Virus record (IMG/VR): IMGVR_UViG_2684623061_000002
Location: 1 to 64,000 of that record
Source: a virus
Lineage: Duplodnaviria > Caudoviricetes
DNA length: 64,000 nt
Direction: 5' to 3' (one strand)
A program made the position numbers and the translations under genes. Each line of letters opens with the position of its first letter. Position 1 is the stretch's first letter. Shown here one piece after another: positions 9,667 to 19,931 of this stretch. Below the pieces are notes generated by a model. The model saw nothing but the letters and a program-made list of their open reading frames with translations. It was not told where the DNA came from and made no database searches.

Positions 9667-12636
9667 TTAACTGCCGTAGTCGGTGAAGTTGGAACGTTGG
9701 CGGGCGGACTTCTCGCGCTCGATCTTTGCGAGTTCGACACGGACGGCCGCTGCAATGTCTTCGGCGCGGCTTCCGCTGTCGGCGTGAATGTTGATGACGA
9801 TGGGCGCGGGCGGTGCGGCCGGCTGCGGCGCGGTACGCGGCGCCAGCGGCGGGCGTTGATCGATCGCCACGGCCGGCGCCGACGCGGCGCCTAGCGCGAG
9901 CGCCGCGCCTGCGCTGCGCATTCCGATGGTCAGGCGCGACAACGCATCGAGCGGCGCCGACTGGCTGCGATCCAGGCCGACCGCGAGCCCGGTCATGGTG
10001 TGATCGCCGAAGCGTGCGAACACGCGCGACGGGCTGCGTATGTCGAGCCGCTTAGCGAACCAGCCGGCGACGCTGGACGCCACGCCGGTCACCGTCGATT
10101 TGAGCGCGTCGAGTTTCCCCAGCACGCCGTTAATCAGCCCTTGCACCATGTCGCGGCCGAAGCCCAGGAAACGCGCCGGCCAACCCATGAGCGCGGAATT
10201 GATGGACTCCCATAGCGAGGCCAGGGCACCACGCAGGCGCGGGCCGTCGCCCGTGAAGATGCCGGCGACCGCGTTCCATCCGCCGCGCACGATGCCGAAC
10301 ACCGAATCGATGAGCGTCGAGAAATAGGCTTTGATTGCACCCCAATTCGAAACGATCATCGCCAACGGCGAATAGGCGACCACGGTTTTAAGCACGCCCG
10401 CGAGCATCGTCACCAGGGCGACGACGGCACGAATCTGGCCGGCGACCACGCCGCCCAGGACTTGCCCGAATGAACGGCCGTTCTCGGTCGCCCCCGCCAG
10501 TTGCGCGGCCGTGGCTTCGAACGGGGAAAACAGATCCCGCACCACGCCCCACACGGCCGACAGCGCGGCCGTGATGCCATCCCACAGCGGGCGCAGCGGC
10601 GCCAGCGCATCAACCAATACCGCGCCCAGCGGCGCCAGTTCGGCCAGGGCAGGGCGAACCGCGGCGGTGAAGCCTTCCCATAGGCCGATGAAAAACGCCT
10701 TGATCGGCGCCCAGAACTTCCAGATCAGGAACGCGGCCGCCGCCACGACTGCGATAACGGCCAGGATGGGCGCGGACAGGCCGCCCAGGATCGGCAGCAA
10801 GGCACGCGCCGCATTGGCGAGCATCGGCAACACGCGCGCGCCCAGGCCGCCCAGCGTGGTTTGCGCCTGAGTCAGAGCCGGGCCTAATGCAGTGAAGCCG
10901 TAGCGGATGACCGCCAGCGGCGCCAGGATGCCGGCCAGCACCAGGGCGAGCCCCGCCAGGGCGGCGAGCAACGCAGCACCCGCCGCAGCGGCTTTGACCA
11001 GGCCCCCGGCCAACGCCGGGTTTTCCTTGATCCAGACGCGGGCACTTTGGGTCAAGGTCTTGAAGCGGTCGCCCAACTCGCGCAGATCGGGCGCCAGCAA
11101 GGCGCCGGCATCCGAGCCCAGGTTACGGCCGGCATCCTTGGCATTGGCCCAGATCGCCGACACGTTGCTGGCACGGGCCTGCGCCTCGCGCAGCGCCGAG
11201 CCTTTCTGCTCGGCCGCCGTGGTCAATGCGATTTGCCTGCGGTATTCGTCAAGGTTGTTTGCGAGCTTCGATGCGTCGTCGCCGAATTCCTTGCCGAACA
11301 ACTGCGTCGTGACGGTCAGTTGATCTTCGGCCGGTAGCTTCTTGACGGCATCTAGAACGGCCTGAATCGTTCCCTGTGAGTCGGTCACCATGCCTTGCTG
11401 CAAACGCGTCGCGTCTAGCCCCAGCGCCCGCAACCCTGCTTGGAAGCGCTTTCCCTGCATGGTGGCAATCGAAAGCTCGCGCACCATCGCGTTCGCTGCA
11501 CTGGCGGCTACTTCGGGCGCGCTGCCAAGCGACAGGAACGTACTACCTAGCGCGGCGGCCTGCCGAAAATTCAGCTTATCGGCGACGCCGCCCAGGCGCT
11601 GCAACACGTCGATGATGTCGCGGCCGTTCGACTGCGCATTGTCGTCCAGGTAATTAAGCGCGTCGCCGAGTTCGTTGATGTTGTCGAACGGCACCTTGTA
11701 GAGATTGGCGACCTTACCCATGCTCTCGCCGATTTCATCGGTCGGCATGGTGAAGGCGTCGGCCATGATCGCGACTGACTCGGTGAACTTGATCAGGTTG
11801 GCTTTGCCCTGAACGCCCATGCGCGCAGATGCTTCCGTGATCGCGGCAAGGTCTTCAGCCGTGCCGGGCAAGCGCTCGGACATGGCTTGCAGTTCCCGCC
11901 CCATCTCGTAATAGAGCGGCGTCAACTTGCCGTGTTCGTCGCGCGCACCCTTGACCTGCCGGGCGACGCCGGTCATCGCGTCTTCGAACGACGCATAGGA
12001 TTTGATCGCGAACGCCAGCGGCGCGGCTACGGTGCCAGCCGCAGCGCCCAGGCCCGCGCCCGCAGCGGCGAGCGCGCCGGCCTGCTGCTGCGTCTTCGCC
12101 ATGCGTTGCTGCGCCGCCTGCGCCTGCCGCGATTGTTGAGCGAGCTTCCCAAGTTGCTGCCGCTGCTGCGCGATGCGCTGATTGGTCTGCGCCATGTCCG
12201 CAGCCAATCGGCGTTCATGGTCGCCGAGTCGTTTGGTTTCGATGCCCGCAGCGGCGAGACCTTCCCTTGCGCCCTTGAGGGCACGCAGTTTGTTGATGTG
12301 CGCGAGCCGGAGCTTTTCGGTTTGCCGCTCGGCCCGCGCATAGTTCTGCGTTAGCGTCTTGGTCGCGACACCGCATCGTTCCGTCTGCGCGCGAACATCG
12401 GCTAGACGCTGCTGCTGTGCCTTGAGGGCTTGGCCGCTCGCGTCGGCTTCGTTCTTGAGCCGACGAAAGCCGTCAATCTGCTGCTGTGTGCGGTCGAGTT
12501 CCTTGAGGCGGCCTTGCGTCTCGCGCAGGGCGCGGGCGGTGGCTTCGCTGGTGGCGGCGATCCGCTTCATGGGCGCGCTCGCACGGTCGAGCGTGTCGAG
12601 TCGCACTTTCAAAGCCAGATCGCCGCCGTTGCTCAT
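9667..12636 (-). CDS. Tail tape measure protein
   Basis: 989 aa, coiled-coil and Ala-rich, C-terminal IRSPSRVF. Confidence 0.95.
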   Translation of the reverse strand: MSNGGDLALKVRLDTLDRASAPMKRIAATSEATARALRETQGRLKELDRTQQQIDGFRRLKNEADASGQALKAQQQRLADVRAQTERCGVATKTLTQNYARAERQTEKLRLAHINKLRALKGAREGLAAAGIETKRLGDHERRLAADMAQTNQRIAQQRQQLGKLAQQSRQAQAAQQRMAKTQQQAGALAAAGAGLGAAAGTVAAPLAFAIKSYASFEDAMTGVARQVKGARDEHGKLTPLYYEMGRELQAMSERLPGTAEDLAAITEASARMGVQGKANLIKFTESVAIMADAFTMPTDEIGESMGKVANLYKVPFDNINELGDALNYLDDNAQSNGRDIIDVLQRLGGVADKLNFRQAAALGSTFLSLGSAPEVAASAANAMVRELSIATMQGKRFQAGLRALGLDATRLQQGMVTDSQGTIQAVLDAVKKLPAEDQLTVTTQLFGKEFGDDASKLANNLDEYRRQIALTTAAEQKGSALREAQARASNVSAIWANAKDAGRNLGSDAGALLAPDLRELGDRFKTLTQSARVWIKENPALAGGLVKAAAAGAALLAALAGLALVLAGILAPLAVIRYGFTALGPALTQAQTTLGGLGARVLPMLANAARALLPILGGLSAPILAVIAVVAAAAFLIWKFWAPIKAFFIGLWEGFTAAVRPALAELAPLGAVLVDALAPLRPLWDGITAALSAVWGVVRDLFSPFEATAAQLAGATENGRSFGQVLGGVVAGQIRAVVALVTMLAGVLKTVVAYSPLAMIVSNWGAIKAYFSTLIDSVFGIVRGGWNAVAGIFTGDGPRLRGALASLWESINSALMGWPARFLGFGRDMVQGLINGVLGKLDALKSTVTGVASSVAGWFAKRLDIRSPSRVFARFGDHTMTGLAVGLDRSQSAPLDALSRLTIGMRSAGAALALGAASAPAVAIDQRPPLAPRTAPQPAAPPAPIVINIHADSGSRAEDIAAAVRVELAKIEREKSARQRSNFTDYGS

Positions 12637-12749
12637 TCGTCCGCACCACTCCGCACGCGGGCGCGCTCGCGCCAGCGGGCTAACTCAGAAAGGGAGAAAT
12701 CCGCCATATCAGCGGGGGTCCAACCGAAGATGGCGGCAATGTCCGCCAT
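12633..12749 (-). CDS. gpE'-like tail assembly extension (below the ORF-track cutoff)
   Basis: MADIAAIFGWTPADM...ELARWRERAR; lies in the -1 frame of gpE after T TTT TTC at 12797-12803. Confidence 0.85.
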   Translation of the reverse strand: MADIAAIFGWTPADMADFSLSELARWRERARVRSGADE

Positions 12750-12757
12750 CGCGTCTT

Positions 12758-13093
12758 CTACGCAGGCAGGGAGCCCGACCGCTGCGCTTTCGTCACGAAA
12801 AAATCGCCAATCGCCAAGCCGAATTGCGCAGTGTCGGCCGGGTCGAGCTTCGCGACTTCGAAGCTGTTCAACATCGGTTGCGTGATGCGCGGCAGTACCT
12901 TATGCACCGCGTCCACTTCCATACGCATGAGGTCGAGCATGGACAGGCCGCGCAGTTCGCCCGACACGGGGCGGCGCACGGTGATGGTCGTGATGGTGGT
13001 GTCGCCGCGCTTGAACGGCTTTTCGAGCGTGATATCTACGCTGGCGACGGGATCGGCTTGCGCGGCCTCGATTTCGGCCTGAGTGGTTTTCAT
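12758..13093 (-). CDS. Tail assembly chaperone (P2 gpE-like)
   Basis: RRP.SGELRGL, VLPRIT.P, LDPAD motifs. Confidence 0.9.
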   Translation of the reverse strand: MKTTQAEIEAAQADPVASVDITLEKPFKRGDTTITTITVRRPVSGELRGLSMLDLMRMEVDAVHKVLPRITQPMLNSFEVAKLDPADTAQFGLAIGDFFVTKAQRSGSLPA

Positions 13094-13143
13094 GGGGATT
13101 CCTTGGGTAGAGAGACAACGCCCGGCATTGCGCCGGGCGCGTG

Positions 13144-13656
13144 TTAGTAGCCGATAGCGGCGCGCTGCTGCGCGAGGCGGTCCACGCCGCCGACGATCTC
13201 AATCATGTTCATGAAATCGAGTTCGATATCGGTCACGCCGTTGACGATGATTTTGTAATAGCTGCACGTGGTCTTGAACGTGGTTTCGGTGTCGTCGCCG
13301 GCCTTGACGGTGCCGAAGCCGATTTCCTTGTGTCGGCCGCGCAACACGAATTCGATGGCGAGAATTTCCGACGTGTCGTCGCGCTGGTAGGCGCCGGCAA
13401 TGCGAAGCTGCACCGCGTCGTGACGCGTCGCGCCGTACTGGCGCAAGGCATCGCGAACGAAGCCGCCGCACTTCCATTCGAGTTCGATCGGACCATCGGG
13501 GCCGAAGTCGATTTCAACCTCGCCGCTCATACCGCCGCCGCGATACGGTTCCATTTTTCGATTGAGCGGCGGCGGCGTCAGTTCATTGACCAAGCCAAGG
13601 TAGCTTTGACCGTCGATGAAGGCGTTGAAGTTTTTGAGTTTGGCGGGCAGTGCCAT
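13144..13656 (-). CDS. Major tail tube protein (FII-like)
   Basis: MALPAKLKNFN.F.DG.SY.G, YRGGGM motifs. Confidence 0.95.
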   Translation of the reverse strand: MALPAKLKNFNAFIDGQSYLGLVNELTPPPLNRKMEPYRGGGMSGEVEIDFGPDGPIELEWKCGGFVRDALRQYGATRHDAVQLRIAGAYQRDDTSEILAIEFVLRGRHKEIGFGTVKAGDDTETTFKTTCSYYKIIVNGVTDIELDFMNMIEIVGGVDRLAQQRAAIGY

Positions 13657-13678
13657 TAGGGCTCCAGGGCGAAGGGGG

Positions 13679-14845
13679 TCAAGCGCTCAAGCGACTGGCG
13701 AAGTCGTTGATGTATTCGTCGGTGATCGTCGCGACCAACGTCAGGTCTTCCATCGGCGGCACGGGCGTATAGTCGTAGGCGATGCGCAAGCGACCGGCCG
13801 CGACCGATTCCTTCGGATTCGCATCGGGGTCGTACCAGCACTTACCGCCGAGCAGATAGCCGGTGTTCTTCCACTGGCGGAATTGCGCGTTCATCGCTTC
13901 GATCAGGTCTTTGATTCGCTGCGGAGTGAGCGGCGCGTCGATGTACGTAAAGCAGTGTTCGGCGAACGTGTCGGCGATGACTTGACTGGTCCGCACGGCC
14001 GATTCGAATGCGAAACGCGGATCGTCGCTGCACGTGCGCGAGCCCCAGAAGCGCGGTCCCTTGTTGTTGATGAGCGTGGTCACGTCGCTGGCGTTTAGGT
14101 AGCCCGCATCCGTGTCCGGGTCTTGCAAGTCCCAATGCACGTCACGCGACAGACCCGTGACGCCATTCACCGCGACGTTCGACAGGGTTTTGTGCCATCC
14201 CTGTTCTTGGTCGATGCGAGCGCGCAGGCCGAGCGCGCGGGCGGTGGCATACGCGGGCTTGGCGGTGCTGGTGGTGGTGTCCCAGGCCACGAAGTCGGGC
14301 CAAATGACCATCAATTCACGTTGCGCAAAGGTCTTGCGGTACAGCGCGGCGTCTTCCTTGTTCGCGCTGGTCCCCGCGCTCACGTAAGCCATCGCCCGCA
14401 GCTTCTTGGCGACGACGCCCAGGGCGACCGCGACCGGCTGGGTATCCACACCGGGGGCGCCGAGAATGCGCGGGCGCACGCCGAGCTGCGCATGTGCGGC
14501 GAGCAGCGCGGACAAGCCGGTATAGCTGCCGGTCTCGGTGCCGCCGATGACGTTGCTGGTCGTGGTCGCATCGTCGGCGCCGGTCGGCACGCGCACGGCG
14601 ACGACCATCGGACTGCACTGGTCGGCGATGGCTTGCAGCGTCGGGCGCAAGGTGCCGTTGACACCGGCTTTGCCGATGGCGCGGCGAACGTCGGTAATTA
14701 GCACCGGGCGGTTGAGCGGAAACGCGGCGGCGTCTGCATCGTTCGATGTGCAGACCACGCCAATGACGGACGTGGATACGGTGCGGATGGTGCGCGGGCC
14801 ATCCGTGCTTTCAATAACGCGAACGCCGTGGTGATAGTCGGCCAA
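13679..14845 (-). CDS. Tail sheath protein (FI-like)
   Basis: YHHGVRV, PRILGAPG, RFWGSRT, YDYTPVPP motifs. Confidence 0.96.
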   Translation of the reverse strand: MADYHHGVRVIESTDGPRTIRTVSTSVIGVVCTSNDADAAAFPLNRPVLITDVRRAIGKAGVNGTLRPTLQAIADQCSPMVVAVRVPTGADDATTTSNVIGGTETGSYTGLSALLAAHAQLGVRPRILGAPGVDTQPVAVALGVVAKKLRAMAYVSAGTSANKEDAALYRKTFAQRELMVIWPDFVAWDTTTSTAKPAYATARALGLRARIDQEQGWHKTLSNVAVNGVTGLSRDVHWDLQDPDTDAGYLNASDVTTLINNKGPRFWGSRTCSDDPRFAFESAVRTSQVIADTFAEHCFTYIDAPLTPQRIKDLIEAMNAQFRQWKNTGYLLGGKCWYDPDANPKESVAAGRLRIAYDYTPVPPMEDLTLVATITDEYINDFASRLSA

Positions 14846-14866
14846 AAGGAAAACTCCGGGGTGGGA

Positions 14867-15223
14867 TTACAGGCGAATGGACAGCGGGATAGAGAGGTGC
14901 GCCGGCACGCGGCGGCCGGTGGCGTCGATGCGCTGCCCTTGCAGTTCCAATCGGGCCGAGCCCGGCGCGTCTCCCGGCGATAGGCTCACGCGGGCCAATC
15001 GAAAACGCGGCTCAAACCGTTGCAATGCCGTCGCGGTCGCGCCGAACAGGCGCACGCGGGTGGCTTCGTTCATCGGCTGGTCGATCAGTTCGAACAGGAG
15101 CGACCCGTAATCGCGGCGCATGACGCGCGAACCGATGGGCGTCGTGAGAATGTCGGTGATGGACTGGCGCAAATGCGCCTCGCCGTCGATCCGCTTGCCG
15201 GTGTGACGGTCGGTGCCGATCAT
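14867..15223 (-). CDS. Baseplate wedge protein (gpW/gp25-like)
   Basis: HLRQSI.DILTTPIGSRVMRRDYGS. Confidence 0.95.
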   Translation of the reverse strand: MIGTDRHTGKRIDGEAHLRQSITDILTTPIGSRVMRRDYGSLLFELIDQPMNEATRVRLFGATATALQRFEPRFRLARVSLSPGDAPGSARLELQGQRIDATGRRVPAHLSIPLSIRL

Positions 15224-15792
15224 GCGGGCGGCCCCGATAGCGCGGTGCCGGTCATCACAGCCTTGTGCGGATGCGTCTTCAAACTCACACCTCCGCCGAT
15301 GACGTCCTCGGATGCCTCGGCCTTACCCTTGATCGACGCATTGCCGTTGATCGTGGTCGCGCCGTTGATCGTGACCGGGCCGTTAAGCGTGATGCCGCCA
15401 TCGGCCGAGAGCGTGGCGGTGCCGCCGCTTGGCAAAGTCGCGTGCAACGCGTGTGCGGCTTCGTCGTAACTGATAACAGCGCCGTCGCCGTAGCGGTTCA
15501 CATGACGGTGTTCGCCGTCATCGGGCGCGGGATTGGCTGTGCTGTAGAGCGCGCCGAGAATGAAGGCGCGTGTAGTTTCGCCTTGCGGACAAACGAGGAT
15601 GACTTGTTCACCCACGCTGCGCGGGGACCAACTGGAGCGTTTACCCGCGCGGCCTGCGCACCAGGGCAGAAAGTCGGTCGTCAGATCGCCAGACGACACG
15701 CGGGCGGTCTTGGTCCCGTAATCGACTTCGGCAATGGTGCCGATGCGGATCATGTTCGCGATCTTGCGCAGAATGTCGGCGTTGTTTTGCAT
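15220..15792 (-). CDS. Baseplate spike protein (gpV-like)
   Basis: NMIRIGTIAEVD, SVGEQV, C-terminal HxH. Confidence 0.95.
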   Translation of the reverse strand: MQNNADILRKIANMIRIGTIAEVDYGTKTARVSSGDLTTDFLPWCAGRAGKRSSWSPRSVGEQVILVCPQGETTRAFILGALYSTANPAPDDGEHRHVNRYGDGAVISYDEAAHALHATLPSGGTATLSADGGITLNGPVTINGATTINGNASIKGKAEASEDVIGGGVSLKTHPHKAVMTGTALSGPPA

Positions 15793-15832
15793 GGACCCAG
15801 GATCGGCGCGGCGCCAATCGCGCGCACGACAA

Positions 15833-15863
15833 CGCGCACGTGTAACGCGGTTACACGTGCGCG
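15833..15863. promoter_or_regulatory. Putative Ogr-type late promoter element
   Basis: 14-bp perfect inverted repeat containing GTGTA-N7-TACAC; related motifs at 19854-19870 and 28867-28889. Confidence 0.6.
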
Positions 15864-15912
15864 GTTCGGGTTTGCTTGTTTACTGCGATAGCGGGATGAG
15901 CGGCGCGATCGG

Positions 15913-16536
15913 TCAGCCGTCCGAAGCGACGGTGCAATAGAATTCCATCGTTCTATCCAGCCAGATACGGCCGTCCTGTCGGCGACGAATCTGCGCGCGC
16001 ACGGTGCGGGTGGCGGTGGCCTGTCGGCCGCGCGACGCGCTTACCGTCAATGCGATCCAACGGTTTTCGGTCATGGCGAGCCACGCGTTCAGCGTTCCCT
16101 GCAAAAAGCCTTCGCTGTTGGCGGCGACCTGAGTAAATAGAATGTCGTACTCGCCGGCTTGCGCGCGCGTCCAGACGCCGCCGCCTTGGCCGCCGTTGGT
16201 CTCCGACTTCCACGCGGTGGTGCCGTTCGCGTTAAACGAAAATGTCGCGGTCGCCTTCGCGGACGACGCACCCACGTCGGACGCGTGGAGTCGCCCGCCG
16301 AAACCGCCATCGCTTACATACGACGCCGTGCCCTTGGCCGCCCACTTGTTCGATACGTCCAGGCCACCCGAACGACGATTCACGTCGGCGCGTTTCGCGC
16401 CGTACTGAATATGCGCGTACCGCAGCGGCGAGCCGTCTGCGCGTTTCAAAAAGCCCGCAACCGGCCCATCGCCGATAATGTCTTGGTCAAACAAGTCATC
16501 GAAGTCCACGCCGCCGCTACGGTGTCCGCTCGCCAT
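15913..16536 (-). CDS. Tail-associated hypothetical protein
   Basis: 207 aa, TAATG-coupled to the tail fiber gene. Confidence 0.65.
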   Translation of the reverse strand: MASGHRSGGVDFDDLFDQDIIGDGPVAGFLKRADGSPLRYAHIQYGAKRADVNRRSGGLDVSNKWAAKGTASYVSDGGFGGRLHASDVGASSAKATATFSFNANGTTAWKSETNGGQGGGVWTRAQAGEYDILFTQVAANSEGFLQGTLNAWLAMTENRWIALTVSASRGRQATATRTVRAQIRRRQDGRIWLDRTMEFYCTVASDG

Positions 16537-18341
16537 TACGCGGCCTCGCGCGAGGCGCGCATTTCGGACACGAACGAACGGAACTCATCGGCGAGCGCGT
16601 CCAGATCGGCGCGAACTTGTGCGACCTGGGCGCGGTCGCGTCGGGCATTCTCGGCCAACTGCTGTTCGCCCACGATCAGCGGCGGAATCAGTTGCGAATA
16701 CTGCACGGTCCCGTAGCTGTCGCCGTCGATGATGATGCCGTCGTCGTTGACCGCTTCGGGTATGACGCCGCGCAACTGTTCAGCCAGGACGAACAAGCGC
16801 AACCGGCCGTCGCCGTTGTAGAAGTCACGGTAGCGGCCCACGCGCGTCACGATGCGTTCGATATCCGCCAGCCCGTAGGGTAGCGGTTGCAGATCGCATT
16901 TCAGACGAACCGACGAACCGTCATCAAATCCGCCGTTGGCAATGATGGCTCCGTTCGACGTGATTGAAACGATATCGCCGCCCCCGTTGAAGAACGCGAT
17001 GCGATCCGCGTGCGCGTACATGGCCCAATCGCGGCCCGAATCGCGGTCGCGAACGTAGTACGCCGCGCCGCCGCCGATCAGTCGCATCGAGCCCACGCTA
17101 TCGCCGTTGATGTTGGCTTTGCCGTTTGGGTCGAAGTTACCGCCGTGCCAGAGCAGATGCCGGCTGCCGCTATTCGTCCACAACGACACGGTAGCGCCGC
17201 CCTCATAGGTCAACGCAATGGCATCGGCGCCGCTGCGGTGAAAGCCAATACGCGGGAAACTTGCATCGTGCGTGCGCAGTTCGATATTGCCCGTGTTGTA
17301 CGCGCTCCCGTCCGGTGCCGGGTTGTTCCGCATGAATCGCCATTGGCCGGTCATGTCGCCGCCGCCCGTGCTGGCCTTTCCAGCCAATACGGATTCCAGG
17401 CCGGTCACTCGCGGCATCGGCAGCGCCGGAATACGGTCGAGCGCCAGCACGCCCGACGTGATGTCGGCCGCCGCGTGAACGTGCGGGTCCGGCGTCATTG
17501 TCTTGGGCCGGTTCTGCACTTCCTCCCAGAACGGCCAGCGCATCGCCGTATCGGGCACGTTCGACAGATCGCCCCACAGATGCTTATGCGTGGAAGGATT
17601 GAAGTCGGGCGGCAGGTTGTTGAGGTTACGGAAATCGCGATAGAACGCGCCGTGTTCGCCGTCGAGCTTGTCGGAGTCCAGATTGTTGCCGGCGCCCTCG
17701 TTGCGCACCGCGGCGTTCCCCAGGCCCAGCGCGCCGCGCAGTAAGAGTGCGCTTGCGGTGTTCAAAAGCGATTTGATGAAGGTGGACGGGGCGCCTTCGC
17801 CGAGTCGCGCATCCATGATCGCCTTACCCCCGGCCGGGGTCAGGGCGCGCGTGTGGTCGGTGCCGGCGATGGCCTCGGCGCGGTCGGCGATCTCCAAGAC
17901 GCCTTGCACGGTCTCAGTCGCGGGCGGGTTCAACCAATAGGTGTCACCAAACACCAACGTCGTCGCGTCGATCTTCTGAAATCGCACATCGGCGGTCAGC
18001 AGCATGGACGCCGCCGCGCTCTTGTCTAGGATCACGTCGGGTTGGCTGTAGACCGCAAACAGCGTGCCGTCGCTCAGGTAAAGGCCGAACGCGCGATAGG
18101 CGTATTGGCTCGGGCCGTCGTCGCGGATGGACAGGTGCAACGTGTCCTTGGCGACTGCCACGCCGCCGAAGCTGGTCAGGCGCAAGAACTCGCCGGGGAG
18201 CGCGGTCAAGTCCTCGTTAGCGGTGAAGGTCGCGGCACTCAATCCGATATGGGTCACGGTGACCGCGTTGGTGCCGGTGTTTGGTCTATTGACGAGCGCG
18301 CGATAGCCGGCGCTGGTCACGGTGATGAGTAGTCCGCTCAC
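16536..18341 (-). CDS. Tail fiber protein with C-terminal intramolecular chaperone (peptidase S74-like)
   Basis: GTG start overlaps the gpI stop; gpH-like N-terminus, HxH motifs, SSVRLK...AEQL...IPEAV...VQYSQL. Confidence 0.88.
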   Translation of the reverse strand: MSGLLITVTSAGYRALVNRPNTGTNAVTVTHIGLSAATFTANEDLTALPGEFLRLTSFGGVAVAKDTLHLSIRDDGPSQYAYRAFGLYLSDGTLFAVYSQPDVILDKSAAASMLLTADVRFQKIDATTLVFGDTYWLNPPATETVQGVLEIADRAEAIAGTDHTRALTPAGGKAIMDARLGEGAPSTFIKSLLNTASALLLRGALGLGNAAVRNEGAGNNLDSDKLDGEHGAFYRDFRNLNNLPPDFNPSTHKHLWGDLSNVPDTAMRWPFWEEVQNRPKTMTPDPHVHAAADITSGVLALDRIPALPMPRVTGLESVLAGKASTGGGDMTGQWRFMRNNPAPDGSAYNTGNIELRTHDASFPRIGFHRSGADAIALTYEGGATVSLWTNSGSRHLLWHGGNFDPNGKANINGDSVGSMRLIGGGAAYYVRDRDSGRDWAMYAHADRIAFFNGGGDIVSITSNGAIIANGGFDDGSSVRLKCDLQPLPYGLADIERIVTRVGRYRDFYNGDGRLRLFVLAEQLRGVIPEAVNDDGIIIDGDSYGTVQYSQLIPPLIVGEQQLAENARRDRAQVAQVRADLDALADEFRSFVSEMRASREAA

Positions 18342-18904
18342 GGGGTTTGTACTTCCTTGGGCTCGATGGCTTGAAACTGCAAGCGGCGATGAATCGCGAC
18401 ACGGGCCGCAGCGGCGATGCCGACGCCGCCCACGGCGTAGGCGCCTTGCGTAAAGGTGAAGTGCGAGCGCACCGGCTTTGTGCGCGAGATTTCGGCGATC
18501 ACGTCGGCCACAAACTCTTTCGTGGCAACCTGTCCGTGTTCGCCCGAAACGGTTAGCTGTACGTCGAAGGTGTGCGGCGGGCCTTTGGGTTCGGTCTGCC
18601 ACCATTCGCGCAGGACGACAGCGCCGCCGAATGCGGCGACCACGTCGCGCACGCTCTGCGCGGTGCCCTTACGTCGCTGAATATCCGTCGCGGCGCGCAC
18701 GCGGGCGCGCTTCACCGGCTCAGACCAATAGGGTTTCCACGAATCGATAGAGCGGTCCCACGCCAGCCAGGGCAGGAACGCGAGCGGGCACCGGTCCGGG
18801 TCGCGTATCTCGCGCAGCAGAATCGGAACATCGGCCGCCGCCGCGTTAGTGGTTTCCAAGGCGCGTTGCAGCGCCGTCGCGTTCGGCGGGAGTAGGCTAT
18901 TCAT
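18338..18904 (-). CDS. Tail protein I (P2 gpI-like)
   Basis: SLLPPNAT.L, CP..FLPWLAW, RRKGT, EWWQ. Confidence 0.94.
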   Translation of the reverse strand: MNSLLPPNATALQRALETTNAAAADVPILLREIRDPDRCPLAFLPWLAWDRSIDSWKPYWSEPVKRARVRAATDIQRRKGTAQSVRDVVAAFGGAVVLREWWQTEPKGPPHTFDVQLTVSGEHGQVATKEFVADVIAEISRTKPVRSHFTFTQGAYAVGGVGIAAAARVAIHRRLQFQAIEPKEVQTP

Positions 18905-19787
18905 CCACGCCGCCGACCGCGATATCGACGGCGGTGCAGTGCGTGGCCTGCGTCCGATCGATGACGATATCCAGAGCGGGCGAATGCAGTTCGACGCGCT
19001 GCACGCCCTCGGAGTGAAGGACGGAGAACAGGCCCGAACGCGGAACGTCGCGGCCGAGTCGGTGCGATTCCTCGATATAGCGCCGCAGACGCTTAATCGA
19101 TTCGTCAATGACCAGCGAGGAATCGGGACCGGCGTAGGTGTAGACCGTCGCGCGCACTTCGAACGGCACGATACGCGCCGACTGCACTTTGACGTAATCG
19201 GTCAACGGTCGGATGCGGTCATCGGTCAACACGCGTTCAACCGCATTCACCAGGGCGGGCGATGCCGTGCCGTCGCCGCGACGCGCCAGGACCGTCACCA
19301 GCACCTCACCCGGCGCCGGGCTGGTCGCGCTGGCGTCCAATACGTCCGGGTCCGCGCTGAGCGTGTGGAAGATGTAAGCGCCTTCCGGTCCTGCAACCGA
19401 AAAGCCTTCCGGCGCCAACTGAATGCGACGGCGAAAGTCGGAATCGCTTTCGAAGGTGGGCGGGATGCCGCGCGACGGGTCGCCGGGATCGAGCATGTAT
19501 CGCGTGATGTTATCGCGAGCCCCGATGTGATCCAGATCGGTGCCGGTCGCATACGCGAGCATTCCCGCTTTCGCGGCGTCGTTGACGCGCTGGCGGAACA
19601 TCAATTCGAGATAGGCGTTCTCCTGCAAATGGATCATCGACGGATCGGATTCGGTGGTCGCGTCAAACTCCGGGTACAGTTCGCGGAACTTCGCGATGCG
19701 CCTCGCCAAAATGGTTTCGTAATCCTGCGTTTCCACCAGCGCGGGCGGCGGCAGGCGCGACAGATCGACGGCGGTAAAGGTGGACAT
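18897..19787 (-). CDS. Baseplate protein J (gpJ-like)
   Basis: VDLSRLP.P, FSVAGPEGAY.FH, RPLTD. Confidence 0.95.
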   Translation of the reverse strand: MSTFTAVDLSRLPPPALVETQDYETILARRIAKFRELYPEFDATTESDPSMIHLQENAYLELMFRQRVNDAAKAGMLAYATGTDLDHIGARDNITRYMLDPGDPSRGIPPTFESDSDFRRRIQLAPEGFSVAGPEGAYIFHTLSADPDVLDASATSPAPGEVLVTVLARRGDGTASPALVNAVERVLTDDRIRPLTDYVKVQSARIVPFEVRATVYTYAGPDSSLVIDESIKRLRRYIEESHRLGRDVPRSGLFSVLHSEGVQRVELHSPALDIVIDRTQATHCTAVDIAVGGVDE

Positions 19788-19931
19788 AGCGGACCCGGTG
19801 GGAACTCGGGTCAGGTTCGCGCGCGCACGTCGATGCCCCTACGAAGCGCCTTTGTGTATGCGGGATTCACGGTCTCATCGGGTGCGACGGACCGGCGTAG
19901 ACTGCGGGCGTCGAGCCTAGAGGGCGACACC

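Noticed and set aside
18849-19931. N-terminal part of the 515-aa plus-strand ORF
   Set aside because: Antisense shadow of gpJ; only the part from 19932 looks like a real gene
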